In this document: positions 25,561 to 39,479 of the stretch, piece by piece
Position numbering within the stretch: position 1 is the stretch's first letter
Layout of the letters: each line of letters opens with the position of its first letter
From: Camelus dromedarius
Taxonomy: Eukaryota
Assembly: GCF_036321535.1 (NCBI RefSeq)
Contig: NC_087436.1
Location: 81,718,001-81,782,000, forward strand
Direction of reading: 5' to 3'
Length of the DNA stretch: 64,000 bases
Notes under the pieces: generated by a model
Seen by the model: only the letters and a program-made list of their open reading frames with translations
Told to the model about the DNA's origin: nothing
Database searches by the model: none
Position numbers and translations under genes: made by a program

Positions 25561-26275
25561 TATCAAACATTGATGATGACAATGAGATTGTAGAAGAAAT
25601 GAAATGCTTATATACCACTGATAGAAGTATAACCATATAATATATAATACATAATTGTTTGGTAATATCTTCTTACTCTGATCATATACATAATCTATGA
25701 TCACAATTCTACTCCTAGTGATATACCAAATAGGAATGCACATATATTTGCACCAGAAAACATGTCCAAGTTACGTTCATAATGACATTATTTGTAAGAG
25801 TACAAAAGTGAAAAAACACTGATGTCCATCAATAGTAGAATGGACTTTTCTATTGATACAATAAATTAATTGTGGTATATATTCATTTAGCGAAATATTT
25901 CACAACAATGAAAAGGAATAAACTGATGCTATATGTACCGTCATGAATGATCCTCACAAGCATAATCATAATTGAAAGGAGCCAGATCAAAATAAAAGTA
26001 TATTTAGTGATGCCACTTATTTAAAATTCAACAATAGGCAGGACAGATCTATAGTGGTAGGAATTCAGGCCACTAATTGTATTTGAGATGGAATCAGTCA
26101 CTTGAAGAGGACATAAGCTTGTGGGGCATGGAGAGAAATTTGCTTCTGAATTACTAGTAATGTTACTATTCTTGATCTAGGTGATATTTTCACTTTGCAA
26201 AAATTTATAGAGCTGTATGCTTACATTTTGCATGTCTTCATGTATACTGTATTCAATAAACTTTTTATTAAAAAG
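25560..26275 (+). mobile_element. Ancient L1M 3' end
   Basis: atgtccatcaatagtagaatgga...tgtggtatatattcat...ttcttgatctaggtga...ttcaataaa. Confidence 0.8.
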
Positions 26276-26359
26276 ATGATTAGGTAAAAGTAATAAAAAA
26301 AAGTGATTATGCATTTTATCTCTGTGGTGATCATATTATAGAGCATAAAATTGGAGGCT

Positions 26360-26741
26360 GTGTTGGTTCAAGTCCTACAACAAGCAGCTGCCAAGACAAG
26401 ATTAAACATGCAAGGATTTTATTCAGGGAAATGCTTGTGTGGGAGAAACTGAGAAGAGAGCCAGTGAGGCTGGGAGAACCATAACCACCATGCAAGTCTG
26501 ACTTGAGTGAAGAAGGAAAGGAGGTTAGATGGAAGTGTCTTACACTCTGGTATAGCATAAGGAAGTTTCAACAAGGCCATCGGGGAGACTCATGACCCTC
26601 AGGAATGGGCCTCCCTTAGTATCCCAGCCATGCTCAGTCACTGGCAAATGCAGCAAAGAATTGCAAGCACAGAAGCTGGCCCTTTGGTCAATCAAGCTCT
26701 TTGTGCTGGAAGTATGCAATGCATATTCATATGGCCACTAC
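26360..26741 (-). mobile_element. ERVL-type solo LTR (LTR16/33-like)
   Basis: TGttggttcaagtcc...gcaaggattttattcaggg...ggccactaCA. Confidence 0.65.
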
Positions 26742-26769
26742 AGACACTTTGGTATGGCATTTTCTTTTT

Positions 26770-27695
26770 CTTATTAAAATAGAATTTTATTAACTTCTAA
26801 ATTTTTATTCATGTTTTAAATTTGCATACGGTAAAATTAACTCTTTTTTAGGGACAGTTCTATGAGCTTTGCCAAATACATACTGTCCTATAGCCACAAC
26901 CACTATTAAGAAATTTATCAGTTCCGTCACCCTAAAAATTCCCTCATGGTACAATTTTAAGGTGACCCTCTCACCCTATCCCAAGGCCTTGGCAACAACT
27001 GATCTGTTTTCTGTCCCCACAATTCTTTTTCTAGACTGTAAGTAAAATCAGATATTATGCAGCCTGTTGAGTTCTTAATACATTTGAAATGAATTCATGT
27101 TCCTACATAAATCAATATTCATTTTTTAATTTCTTTTTTCATCTTTTTTATTTCTGAGCAGTAAGTATTTGCATATATGTTTTTGGATAGACAGAATTTT
27201 TTTTTTCAATCTTGATAAATAGGTAGAGGTAGAATTGCAGGGTCATGTGGTAAATGTATGTTTAATGTTAAAGGAACTGTCAGTTTTCCAAATGGCTGTA
27301 CCATTTTTGCATTTGCATTTCATCTTCACTGCATCTGCAATGTTAGTCCACATTCTTATCATCTCTCGGTGTTCGTTGGTCTTTTTTGTTTTTTATTTTT
27401 TGTTTCAGCAATTCTCATAGGCGTATAGTACTATCTCATCTTGGACTTAATTTATATTCCCCAGGTGACTAATGATGTGGAGCACCTGCTCATTTCTTTA
27501 GTTGCTATTCACATATCTTTTGTGAATGCCTGCTTAAGTCCTATTTTTTGTTTTTAGCAATTCTAACAGGTGTGTAGTACTATCTCAACTTGGATTTAAT
27601 TTATATTTTCCAGGTGACTAATAATGTGGAGCACCTGTTCATATCTTTAGTTGCTATTCACATTTCTTTGGTGAAAGTCTGCTTAAATCTTTTCA
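26770..27695 (-). mobile_element. Old L1M 3' end/ORF2 end with internal tandem duplication
   Basis: ttggcaacaactgatctgttttctgtcccc; gtagaattgcagggtcatgtggtaaat; ttttccaaatggctgtaccattttt. Confidence 0.8.
27395..27691. repeat. Two-copy ~148-bp tandem duplication
   Basis: agcaattct..tagtactatctca..ccaggtgactaat..gtggagcacctg..ctttagttgctattcacat..ctgcttaa repeated head to tail. Confidence 0.92.
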
Positions 27696-27850
27696 AGAAC
27701 TGTATATTTTAATCCATGGGAAAAGATATTCCTTCTAGCCCCAAAATTTCTATGTCCAAACATTTTCTGAGTTTCAGATGTTTCTTTTTATATGAGAATA
27801 AAAACAAAACCTTTAAGGGAAATCTCCTCATCTCTCTTTAAAATACAAAT

Positions 27851-28171
27851 TGTTGAGCTGAAACAGACTGCCAGATGCTTCCTCAGCAAAGATGGGTTTA
27901 TTTGGAATCAGCAGAGAATTGCAGTTTGGGGTCTGCAACCATGATGAGCCACATGCAAGTCCCTGCACTGCAAAGGAAGGAGAACGTTTTTACAGAGAAG
28001 ATAAGAAAGTGGGGCGGGGGGCTATCGTAAACAAAGCATCCATGGTTTTTCACTGGCTAAGTCCTTGCCAGGAAAGAAGAGTCTTTCCTTTTCCTGTTGA
28101 GCTCTGCTATCATCACAGAGCATGAGTACTCCCTCTTCTGGTTCCCTAACTCTTTTTAATTAATTTTTACA
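27851..28171 (-). mobile_element. ERV1-class 3' LTR
   Basis: TG...CA termini; abuts polypurine tract (minus strand ggtcaaaaggggaaaa) at 28172-28187; minus-strand AATAAA ~27897-27902. Confidence 0.8.
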
Positions 28172-29770
28172 TTTTCCCCTTTTGACCAAGATCTTTCTCT
28201 GAAAACACTGATGATCAAGACTCAGGGGTTTTAGTTTCAGCAGCTTTTTCCTTCAATATTAGGAAATTTTTCTTAGGTGTTATGTCTCATGTTGGATGGA
28301 AAGTGCACAAACTGGAAACCTATTATGGTCACATAAGTAACAATGAGAGGTAGGAGGGAGAACTCTCAGACACTATTTATCCAAAGTACAAATATTATCA
28401 AGATCATAGACGTTGGAGATCATCTGAAGCATTACATCATCATCAAAGGTTTGGTGACAAATTTCCAACAGATCTGGTCAGAATGTCTTGGAAATGTTGT
28501 CTCATCAGCTATTGTCTACATCAATCCCAGGAAATCTTTATTTTCAGGTTATCAGATGATGTTCAGGTCAGAATTTGACATCTTCTTTAGATGTGTCACA
28601 TGGATCCAGGAGTCTGTTCCTTGGAGTTTGGTAGCACAAAGCTTGGTTAGTAGTACTTGATAGGGCCTTTCCAGTGAGGCTGAAGAGAGTTCTTCTGGAG
28701 GTATCTTTTCCAATAGATGAAATCTCCAGGTTTGCACACTGTGATGCTTAAGGTCTTTATCTTCCAAGAGCACACTGTGAAAAGATTGTTCTACCTAACA
28801 TGGTTATTTTTAATAGAAGCAATTCGGCCTTGCAATATTGGAGTATCTCTCCTTTTATCAGTTGTGAGTCAAAAGAAGGAGGAATCAAGTACACTGGGCA
28901 GCTGGTGACTATCTTAAAGGATGAGAGCTATGAGTTCCAAAAGCAGGGGCTCTGAGAATTAGAGGAACAAGTGGCAATGCCTTTGGTCACATTATTTGCA
29001 AGGCTTCTTCTAATTTTGCCAGTTGAGTCTTAAAAATGCCATTAGTGCATGTGACTAAACCAGATGTTTCAGGGTGGTAAGTACAGTGAAAGTGCTGTAA
29101 AACAAGCCCTACAGCACAGACTTGTTAAAACACTGGGCTAGTAAAATGGGTTCCTCAACTACTACGAAGACTGAAAGGAGCTGTCCAGGTAGGGGTAATC
29201 TTTCCCAAAAGGACTTTAGCCAGAGAAGCAGCAGTAGCAGCCTGTTTGCAAGGGAAGGCTTCAGTCCAGTGTGGAAACGTACAAACTATGACTAAAACAT
29301 ATTAATACCCATTAGACGAAGGAAGTTGTATGAAATCCATTTGTCAGAACTTGAATGGTCCATTTAGTTAAAAATGCACATGAGGAAGGGGCAAGAATTT
29401 CACACGTAAAATTGACCAGAGTCGTTCTGGGGGTAGGAGTGCCCTCAAAATACCTAGATAACTGGACTCCCATTTCCTAGAGGTCTTTCCTCTAGAGTAA
29501 AGCACAGTTTTCAAAAGCTCAAACAATTTACAGCACAACAGCTCAATTCAAACAGCTTACAAGCCAATCCCACTCAGCCTTAAGGAGACGGCTTAATCCT
29601 GGAGGAGGCAGGCTGAAAGTTTTTCTGTTTTTGTTTTTGTTTTTTTGTTTTTGTTTTTTAAGCCAGACTCCAGAAGAAAGCTCTTTCAAAGGACTAGGCT
29701 AAAGGCTGAAAAACCTGGCACCATTTCAGAGAAACAACTCCTATTCCTGAAGGAATGTGTGTGTTCTCTG
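28172..29770 (-). mobile_element. Defective ERV1 internal region (leader/gag start fused to integrase)
   Basis: Minus strand QMDFIQLPSSNGY*YVLVIVCTFPHWTEAFP...GTHFT...HCTYHPETSGLV..TNG (integrase core); track ORF 28552..28773 has the GPY/F-like PYQVLLT..KLQGTDSWIHVTHLKK. Confidence 0.85.
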
Positions 29771-32174
29771 AAATATAAATTCCACACCTGATAATTTATT
29801 ATGCGGAAATAATTAAGAATATACATAAAGATACATATTTGTACACATACACATACAAACACACATACATTTAATACAGTGTTGTCTGTGATATAAGAAT
29901 GTTGAACATAATCTAACTGTTTGACAATATGAAATTGTTGCAATAAAATACATGCTGACACAATGGAGTATCATGTGGTAATTTAAAATGATGTTTCAGG
30001 TATGGGTTTTGATATTAAAAAAAGTATTCCCGATAAATCACTGTGAGAAAAAGACAGATCATAAAAGATATGATTTTATGTTCCTATCTTAGTATGTGTC
30101 TGTCTATGAGTGTGCATTTGAAAATACTTACACAAAGAGTTAGCACTGGTTATCTCTGGGTAAGTGTAATAATTGATGTTTTCCTCTTTATATTTCTGAT
30201 TTTCTGTTAATGAGTATTTCTTTAGTAATGGGGAAGGGAGAGGGAATAAAAGCAAAGCATTACAGAGAAATAAAAACATATTTAATTATTAATAGTGATG
30301 GATGAATCATCAAGAAAAAGTTTAAATGTGTTTGGTATACTTATTAAAGGAGGCAGATTCATATTAAATATTAAACTATTCTATTTAGTTGAGTATGTTT
30401 CATTTCTACAGAGAAAACCTCATTCCTATGAAGGAAAAGGAGATGGGGTATATTTGTGTGTGCATATCTGCATGCATATGGCATAAAAGTGTGCGTACCC
30501 ATCTGTATATTCTTCAAAGTAAACCTGGGATTCCCTAGCCTTTTTCACTTAGTCATAGAAATATTGGGCCTGGAGGGCAATGTTCTGATTCATCTCAAAG
30601 CTGGCACCAGAATTGCTAAAAATATCTTTATTCTTATTTTGCTACAAGCATTGAGTTCACAGAGGAACTCACACTTCAACAGTTTCTCTCAGTTTGGGTC
30701 AAGGAGACCTACTTTTGTGTTACATGGTTACAGAAACCATATGAACCTTTTAGCCACAAAGCATGTGTCCCAAAGACAAGATATTTCACAATAGAAATTT
30801 CGGGCTTCAAACAGTGGCTTTCATAGCTCATATGGTTGTGTAGATTTCTTCTCACTTAAAGCTAGAAAGTTGGTTCCCAGAGGACTTTATCTCCTTTATC
30901 TTTTTCTAATAATCTCAGCCTTACTGACACCCAGAGTACAAGCATTTTCCTAAACAGAAGGTAGTTTCCAAGTCATTCAAAAACACTGTACTTTTCAAAG
31001 CAATCTCAATCAAAGTCACAGTAATCTGATATGCCATGAAGCTGGAGTGATTTAGAAAACATGGGCCAAGATGCCAATCAGCTCAGAGACATCATCCACA
31101 CTAGAAGACAAAGAAGAAAACATACAAGCAGCATATTCAGGGAGGATTCTGATTCCCTCTGCTGCCCCCATTGAAGACTCTCCTGCAGCTTTCTCGTATT
31201 TTGTTAATAAATAGACCAGTAACAAACTCCACTAGGAGCTTGAAAATATTTTTATTTCATTCTAGGGACACAAAAGGAGGTCTCCTTGTGAGTTACTGAA
31301 ATATGGAGACAGAAATCAAACAAGTTTAGCAAAAATTGTCACATTCCCCAGGAAACGAAGATGGAAATCAAGTCAGTCCCTGACTCCTCCAGAACAAATA
31401 AAACTAATGCTTTGTTTTTCCATTTTACCCTTGATCAGCAGAAGCATTAGTGGCATTTTTCAAATAAAATGACAGCTAGAGTAAGGAGTGCTAACAGAGA
31501 CATTTGTTCTAATTTGAGTTGAATATGATAGAACTTGTTACAATAACAAACCACATAATGTCATTTTTTAAGTTCATCTAAATTCTTAAAATATTTCAAT
31601 CTTCTTTCCTAGTAACTTTTCTTTACATTTTTATTATAATTTATAATGTATTAGAAACATACATACGTCAGTTTAACCCTCACAACTGCCTCTTTGTCAA
31701 AGAAAGAAAACTAAAGTGCTTGGAGGTTAATTAGCTTTCCTAAGGTCACACATAATTACAAGATGTTAATCCTTTGTTTCGTTTGCTTTAAATCTTTTGT
31801 TCTTTTTAGAAATGAAATATTATACACATAACTGAAATCCCTGTTCTATTCCTCAGTGACTCTATTCTTCATTATACCCCAGAAGAAATCACTATCCTAA
31901 AGAAATGTACCTTTCTGTTATATTATTGTACTTTCATTAAACACATATGTATTCATAAATGATGTATAGCATTGTTTTCTGTGTATTATTTTGCATTTGC
32001 TTTTTTTACTCTATGTTTTTGTGATATGGCCACTTTAAATCATATAAATCCAATGCATTAATTTAACTTACAGCAGTCGGTTATACGAATATACCACAAT
32101 CTAATTATTTCTTCTCCTAACGACAGATATTTAGGATGTTTCAAATGTTTTAATACTAAAAACAATGTCCCTGA

Positions 32175-34685
32175 GCAGACTTCCTGTTTTCAGTCAGTCC
32201 TTCCAAGGAGCTTGGAAGTTGGCAGTCCACCCTAACAATAAGTAAAAATTTGAAAAATCAACAACTCTACTGAGATCCATCAAAGAAGAGAGGTCACAGA
32301 GCAAACTGCTACCCCCAAAATTGGAGAAATGCATATAGAGAATTATAATTTACCAGTGCAGAAATCCATGAGCAGAAACCTCCATGAGAATCAGTGCTGG
32401 GGTAGGAAAACCTAAATTGTAATTGATGAATTGCTGGAGACTCAATGTGGACAAGTCGAAGAGTTAAAAATTCTGGGGTGGAGGATGCTCCTCTTAGGGA
32501 AACCCCACACTTTTGTGAGTTTTACCGTCAGGACTTCTACCAAGTTCTCACAGTGAAGACTGGAGGAAAAACTCTCTTGTGCTTCTTGTAGGGGAGAGAA
32601 AAGTAATCACTTAAAAATCACTAGAGCATTCTGTTCCTAACAAAGTTTACCTTCAAGAAACTATTTTACAAGACCCTAAACTACTGGGGGCCTAATCTAC
32701 TTGCGGGAAAGGAACTCCAGCCACTCAAACCCAACTCCAGCCCCCTTCAAGCCATCCTGTCTCCCATAAGGCAGGGGAAAAAACACTGAGAAGCACTTGT
32801 GAAGTTCAGAGAGCAGGGGTGCAGACTCACTAAATCACTGAGATCAAATCATAGGACTACAGAACACTTCCCCTCTCCCAACACCTTATCACCACACCGC
32901 TAAAGGCCTATTTACAGAAATTCTTTTTACCCAGAACATCATGTCTGCCTTTTAATAAAAAAACACAAGGCATACTAAAAGGCCAAAAAAACACTGTTTG
33001 AAGAGAATAAATAAGCATCGGAACCAGATTCAGATATGGCAGGAAAATCAGAATTATCATACCATGAATTTAAAACAACTGTGATTAATATGCTTAGACT
33101 TCTAATGGGAAAAGTACACAACATGCAAGAACAGATGGGCAGGCAATATAAGCAGAGAGATAGAAATTCTAAGAAAGTATCAAAAAGAAGTGCTAGAGAT
33201 CAAAAACACCGTAACAGAAATGAAGAATGTCTTTGATGGGCTCATTAGCAGATTAGACACTGCCAAAGAAAGAACCTCTGCACTTGAGGATATGCCAATA
33301 GAAACTGAAAAGCAAAAATAAAAAGACTGAAAACAACAGAATATCCAAAAACTGTAAGACAACTACAAAAGGTGTAACATAACAAAATACCAGAAGGAGA
33401 ACAAAGAGAGAGGAACAAAAACAACATCTGAAGCAGTAATGACAGAGGATTTGACCAAATTAATGTCTGACACCATAACACAGATCCAAGAAGCTCAAAA
33501 ACACCAAGCAAGATAAGTGCCAAAAAAAAAAAAATCCCACTATACCTAGGTATGTCACATTCAAACTGAAGATAATCAAAGATAAAGAAAAAAATCTTAT
33601 TGTATGCCAATTAATCTCAATTAAAAAGAAAAGAAAAGAAAAAACCTTGAAAAAAGCCAGAGGAAAAAACATCTCAACTAAGGAGGAGCAAAGATAAAAA
33701 TTATATCTGATTTCTCTTCAGAACCCATGCAAGCAAGAAGAGAGTGAGGTGAAGTATTTTAAGTATTCAGAGAAAAAAAAAAAAGACACCAAAATAGAAC
33801 TCTGTATCTTCTGGAATTATCCCTCAAAAGTAAAGGAAAAATGAAGACTTCTCAGGCAAACAAAAATTAAGGGAATCCATAGCCAGCAGGCCAGCTTTGC
33901 AAGAAATGTTAAAAGAAGTCCTTCAGAGAGACGGAAAATAATATAAGGTCAGAAACTCAGATCAACATAAAAAAAGGAAGAAGATGAGAGAGAAGGAATA
34001 TGTGAAGGTAAATAAAACTTTTTTTCTTATTCTGAGTTGATCTAACATATAACAGTTTGTTCAAAATAATAATAGCAACAATATATTTGATGATTATTGC
34101 TTATATATAAGTGAAATGAATGACACCAATGATACAAGGAATGAGAGGGAGGAATTAGTCAGGGTCCTCCAGAGAAATTGAGAAATTCCAAGATCTGCTA
34201 TCTATAAGCTGGAGACCCAGGAGAACCAGTGGTGCAATTCAGTGAGTCCTTAAGGCCTGGGAATTAGGGCAGCTGCTTGTGTAAATTCCGGTCAGAGGAA
34301 GAAGAAAATAAGATGAGTTGTCCTAGCTCAATTAATGAGGCAGGAACAAAGGGATGAGTTCTTCCTTCCTCTGCCTTTTGTTCAGTTCAAGCCCTCATTG
34401 GATTGGATGATGCTCACTCATATTAGGTAGGGCAATTACTTTATTAAGCCACCAATTCAAATGTTAATCTCATCCAGAACACCCTCAATGACACACTCAG
34501 AAAAAAATGTTTCATCTAGGCACCTCTCAGCCAATTAAGCTGACACAAAATAAACCATCATGCTTGGTTATTATAAAGTACTTGCAGTACCCATGAAGCG
34601 GTACAGTGTTAGTTGAAAATGTACTTGGATTAGTTGTAAATGTATATTGTCAATTCTAGGGCAACCACTTAAAAAAGTAAAAACA
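32175..34685 (+). mobile_element. Old L1 5' UTR/ORF1/inter-ORF remnant, interrupted by a short L1 tail (~33597-33635) and an MLT2 LTR
   Basis: ORF1-like ELSYHEFKTTVINMLR..MQEQMG (33036..); cagatccaagaagctcaa; aaaatagaactctgtatc; ttctcaggcaaacaaaaattaaggga. Confidence 0.85.
34155..34562 (-). mobile_element. MLT2-type (ERVL) solo LTR
   Basis: ttagtcagggtcctccagagaaa...ggattggatgatgctcactcatatt...aagctgacacaaaataaaccatca. Confidence 0.85.
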
Positions 34686-34789
34686 TGGTAGCAAAGCCAA
34701 TCTGATAGATGACATAGGTATCAATTGCCAAGTGCTTTAGAAATTCTAAGATAAAATACTTGACAATTACATTACCTAACGCCTAAAAA

Positions 34790-37280
34790 ATATTCTACTG
34801 TGAACATCCTTTCACACGTCTCCCTGGGCACGTGTGGCTGGAACTGCTGAGTCACAAGGTGTCCAGAGGCATCTTCCGCCCTGCTGGGCCTAACCACACT
34901 ACCCGCAAAGTGGTTGTACCATTCAGCACTCCACCACCAGTTCTTGCTATTGTTCTCCATCCTTGTTAATACTTCTTTTAAACTTTGGTGTGTGAAATGA
35001 TCTATCTCATTTTAAGTTGCCTTCCCGTAATTATTCACATGGGTGGTCATCTTTTCATGTGTTTGTTAGCCTAAACTTCCTCTTTGAATTACCTGTTCAT
35101 ATCTTTGCTTACTTTTTCTACTAGTTTGTTTGTCTTTTTCTTACTGACGTATTAAGAGTCCTTTATATGTCCTAGATAATAACCCTTTGTTGGTTCTATG
35201 TATTACAAATAAATATCTCTTCTCAGGTTTTGGAACTCATCTTTTCACTTATTTATGGTGCATGTTAAATTTTTATAACATAAACTGTCTTTATAAGTGG
35301 AAGTAAGATATTTGCAAAACATGCTATATAAACCAGGCCTCTGAATTACTCTTCCCTGTGTTTACTGCTTTTGTTATTGTTATTTTTCTTCAATAAACCG
35401 TATTTGTGCAGAGCACAAAATTCAAAATACACAAAATGAAAAACACAAACAATAAATTTTCCTTCCTCTGTTCCTCAAGAACTTAGTTTCTCTCCCCGAT
35501 GCAAACCTCACACTAATTTCTTTATATCTGTACAGATAGACCATGTATTTATAAATATGTATCACACAAAATGATAATAAGCTACATTATTATATTCCTT
35601 GCAGTCTTCTTATAAAATATGTATCTTAGGAATACACACAAGTGTGTATTTCTAGACAATCCAAATTATTAGTACAGTACATAAAATGGCTTCCTTCTTT
35701 TTTATACCTTCCTAGTCTTCCACATGTACGGGAGAAACTGTAGCCTAGTGAGAATATGTCACCTCTGGAGCCTAAGTTTGAGACCCAGATTCCTTATTTA
35801 TCAGGAACAAGTTATTGTCCTCTCTGAGTCTGTTTCCTCTTTTATAAAAGAGGATGACAGTCATTCTCACCTCATATATTTATTGTGAGACTTAAATTGT
35901 ATATGTAAAGTGCATACGATGGTACTCAGCACACACTAAATATTTCCAAAAGCTCATATTTTCCTCACAAATCATTTAAACAATACTCTATTAAAGAGCA
36001 TTTGGATCATCTCCAAAAGTTTCTATTATAAATAATACTGTTATTAATATAGTTGTACATTCATTTTGCTCATGTATCAATATACTTTAGGATCAACACA
36101 TTGAAAATATATAGCAGGATCAAAGGCTATATGAATTTCTTAGTTAACTAGATATTACTAAGTTACTCTCCAAAAAGTTTGTATCAAATTACACTCTTAC
36201 CAGTAATGTAGGAGAGTAAGTTTCCTTATGTTGTGCTAACCATGTATTATCAAACTTTCGTTTGCCAACTTAATATAGTGAAAAGAAGTAGTGTATTATT
36301 ATGGTTTTATATTTGTCTTCCTCTTATCATGAGTGAAGTGTTTTCATTTTTATTTCCTTTTTTCATAGTTTCCTTACTTTTCTGTTAGCCTATGGTCCTT
36401 TTTCTTTATTGATTTATAGAATATTTTATATATTAAAACAGCACTTTTGTCTAATACATTTCAAATGTTTCCAGTTTTATGATTTTTCTATGTTTATAAT
36501 ATTTTAAATTTTTTTATAAAATTAAATTACATCATTTTAGTGGGTTTCAGAAGGGTAGTGTCATTTGTATAAAGGCCTTCCAAACACCAAGGTTATAAAA
36601 CCATCTCCCATGATTCCTCTGCTACATAATAGTTTTAATATGTTAATACTATGCCTTTGACCAATATGGATTTCTTGGGGTGGGGGGGAGACAGAGGTCA
36701 TACTTTATGCTTTCTTTTAAGAAGCTATCCAATTGTCCTTTAAGAACTTATTAAATAAAGCATCTTTTCCCTGTTAATTTCAAATACCACTTTTACATTA
36801 AAACCCCATATATATTTGACAGCATTTCATAACTTTCTATTCTTTCTGTTCATATACCAGTACTACACTTAATTAATGTAGCTTTATTATAGCATATACA
36901 TATTAATATGTGATCAGCAAATCCTGCCTAAATCATCTCTCATTTTTTTCATAGTTAGAATTTTCCAGGCTATAATTTCTTAATCATTTTTCTGTATGGA
37001 TTTCAGAGTAAACTTGTCTAGTTAAAACAAAATAAAAATCCTATTAGTATTTTAGCTTAGATGTATATATTAACTTAGGGAGAAATGTCAGCTTCATAAT
37101 ATTGAATCTTCCTTTCCATGAACATGGTATGCCTCAATGTTTGTCCAAGTCTTCCTTGTGTTCCTCAGTAATATTTTAATTTGTTTCATGTAGATCTTGT
37201 AAATTTTTGTAAATTTTATTTTTAGGTATTTCATCTTTTATCACTATTACAAATAAGCATTTTTCTATAGCATCTCCTAA
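34790..37280 (-). mobile_element. Cluster of ancient antisense L1 fragments with an interspersed MIR (35735-35950, +)
   Basis: L1 ORF2/3' antisense motifs (gtggttgtaccatt; aacttagggagaaatgtcagcttcataatattgaatcttcc; atgaacatggtatgcct). Confidence 0.7.
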
Positions 37281-37667
37281 CTGGCTCTTGTTTCTCTATT
37301 GTTCTTGGAATCTCATTTTCTTATCTCCTAATCTAATCCTCTATGAAAAATTTCTACCCCTGTAATCCGTCAAAATCTTCTGAAGCTCTAGGCTGACCAA
37401 CAGGTACTAATCAAAAGACAGTACAAATGTCATCATGGTCATGAAGGTAACATATACCTCTTACTTATTTTATGAACTTAGAAATAAATTCAAGCTAAAG
37501 AATGCTTTATTCAAGATCATCAGTAGTCTTGATGACCTGTGTGTTTCCATAATACAAGTTTTAATTGTATCTCAATTTACCATGACATAAAATGGAAAAA
37601 CTACCAGACCCTAGTTCAACTTTAACATGATATATAGCCTATTTACACAGGTTTTGGTATACCAAGA

Positions 37668-38267
37668 GCAGTGGACTCTTCCTAACATGATCCCCAATAA
37701 GTAATGCATGCCTTTACATAATCCCCTTTAGGGCAGAAGAAACTATGACCTGCTTCTTAGTTAAAAGAATATGGCAAGAGTAGTAGCAAAATCACTCCCT
37801 TGGTTAGGTTACATGATATGGCGAAAGTGATGGTGTATAGTCACCCTGTGATTATGCTGCATTATATAAGAATGTCTCTCAGACTGGAGGGAGTGATTCT
37901 CCTGCTGGCCTTGAACTATGCTGCCATGTTGTAAGAGGGCCTTGTGTCAAGCACTGTGGGAGACCCTTAGGAGCTGAGAGTTGCCTTGGCTAATTGCCAG
38001 CAAGAAAGTGAGTCCTTCAGTCCCATAACCTCTTGGACCCAAATTCTTCCAACAATCACAGGAGCTTGGAAGAGGACCCTGAGCTCCAGAAAGAAATGCA
38101 GCCCAGCTGGCACTTTGACTGCAGTCTTGTGAAACCCTGAGAAAAGAACCTTGCTAAGTTGTACCTGAACTTCTAATCCATGGAAACTGTGAGATAATAA
38201 ATGCACATTGTTTCAAGCCTCTAGGTTTGTGGCAATTTATTAGAGCAGCAATAGAAAACTAATGCAC
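37668..38267 (+). mobile_element. MaLR solo LTR, MLT1E-like
   Basis: gattctcctgctggccttgaa; gaaactgtgagataataaatg..ttgtttcaagcc..gcagcaatagaaaactaatgCA. Confidence 0.85.
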
Positions 38268-39479
38268 TATGTCAAATCCTGTCCCCGAACATTACAACTA
38301 CAAATAGCAAATATCTCTTAGAGTTCAGTAACTTTATGACGGAGGCTAGTTCTGAGCAAAAAAAAAATCAGTATGAAATGGTTTCGTTTTCTCTCTATAG
38401 TGCTGTGAGTAGGGAATTCCAGAATATCCCCAGACACTCCAAAACTCAAAACTTTGACATGACTCTTTCATACCACATACATCAAAACCTAAGCTAAATA
38501 TTATTCACCAGCATTCAGAATTGTCAAAATTGAAATCTTCTGTAAGTGCAAGAGTCTACTTGAAAAACAAAAGTACTATATTTATAACTGAAAATGGTGT
38601 GGGGGAAACAAAGGTTTATTTTAGAATAATGGAAACACTTCATTTATCTCTGCCTTTGCCTCTTCAGTTACCCCTGGGGTATGAATTTCAGTGCTTTTTT
38701 TACACTCAGGAATAAAACCACAATAGGTTACCCATAGTTACAGCCATAGAGACATTTCCGAGTTTTCTAGAATTTCATATAATATAGCTATTTGAACACT
38801 TACAACCCCTGAGGTTAAACTTGACATTTAATGTCTCAAGTCTTAAAGCAAACTGTTCCTTTTGTTTCAAAAAGAACATTAAAATGTTGGCTTACAAAAC
38901 AATATGTTGGCTGACCAAATCCTTTTAATGCTTGCAGTCCTTGAATTCAAAACTGTTTTTTTCATTAAAAGTTATTTTCTTCTTTTTTCTTCTCCCAATA
39001 TTGTAAAAGGCTATGAAATTAGTGTCTGACATGCTACTTGGATGTAAATCCTGGTGTATTATTCACCCTCAGTCACGCAAAGAAAAGGATCATATCCAAA
39101 GGTACATTTTAGAAAGATCCTATGAGTAGACAGAATTCTCTGAAGAGGATGGGAATTTACATCACAAGGATTTTAAAGGAGCTTGCCCCCATTCAGGATC
39201 CGAGAAAAGCATAGACCACCAATGAAGGAGGCAAGGCCAGACTCTATTTATTTGTAGAGTCCTCTTGAGTCTACAAATAAGTTGTATTCATCATCTAGTT
39301 TTAAGTTTTCATGCCCTACACTGTTAATCCCAAACCTTCTGGAAAGCTGGTACATGACAACCTTGTACTAGCAGTCCTGTTGTGAATTATTAGATATAAT
39401 AAGATATATATTCTGGGGATGATGCAGTGAAGAAAAGGGGACCTTCACCAAACCATCCTGCCTGAGACTAGCACAGTAA

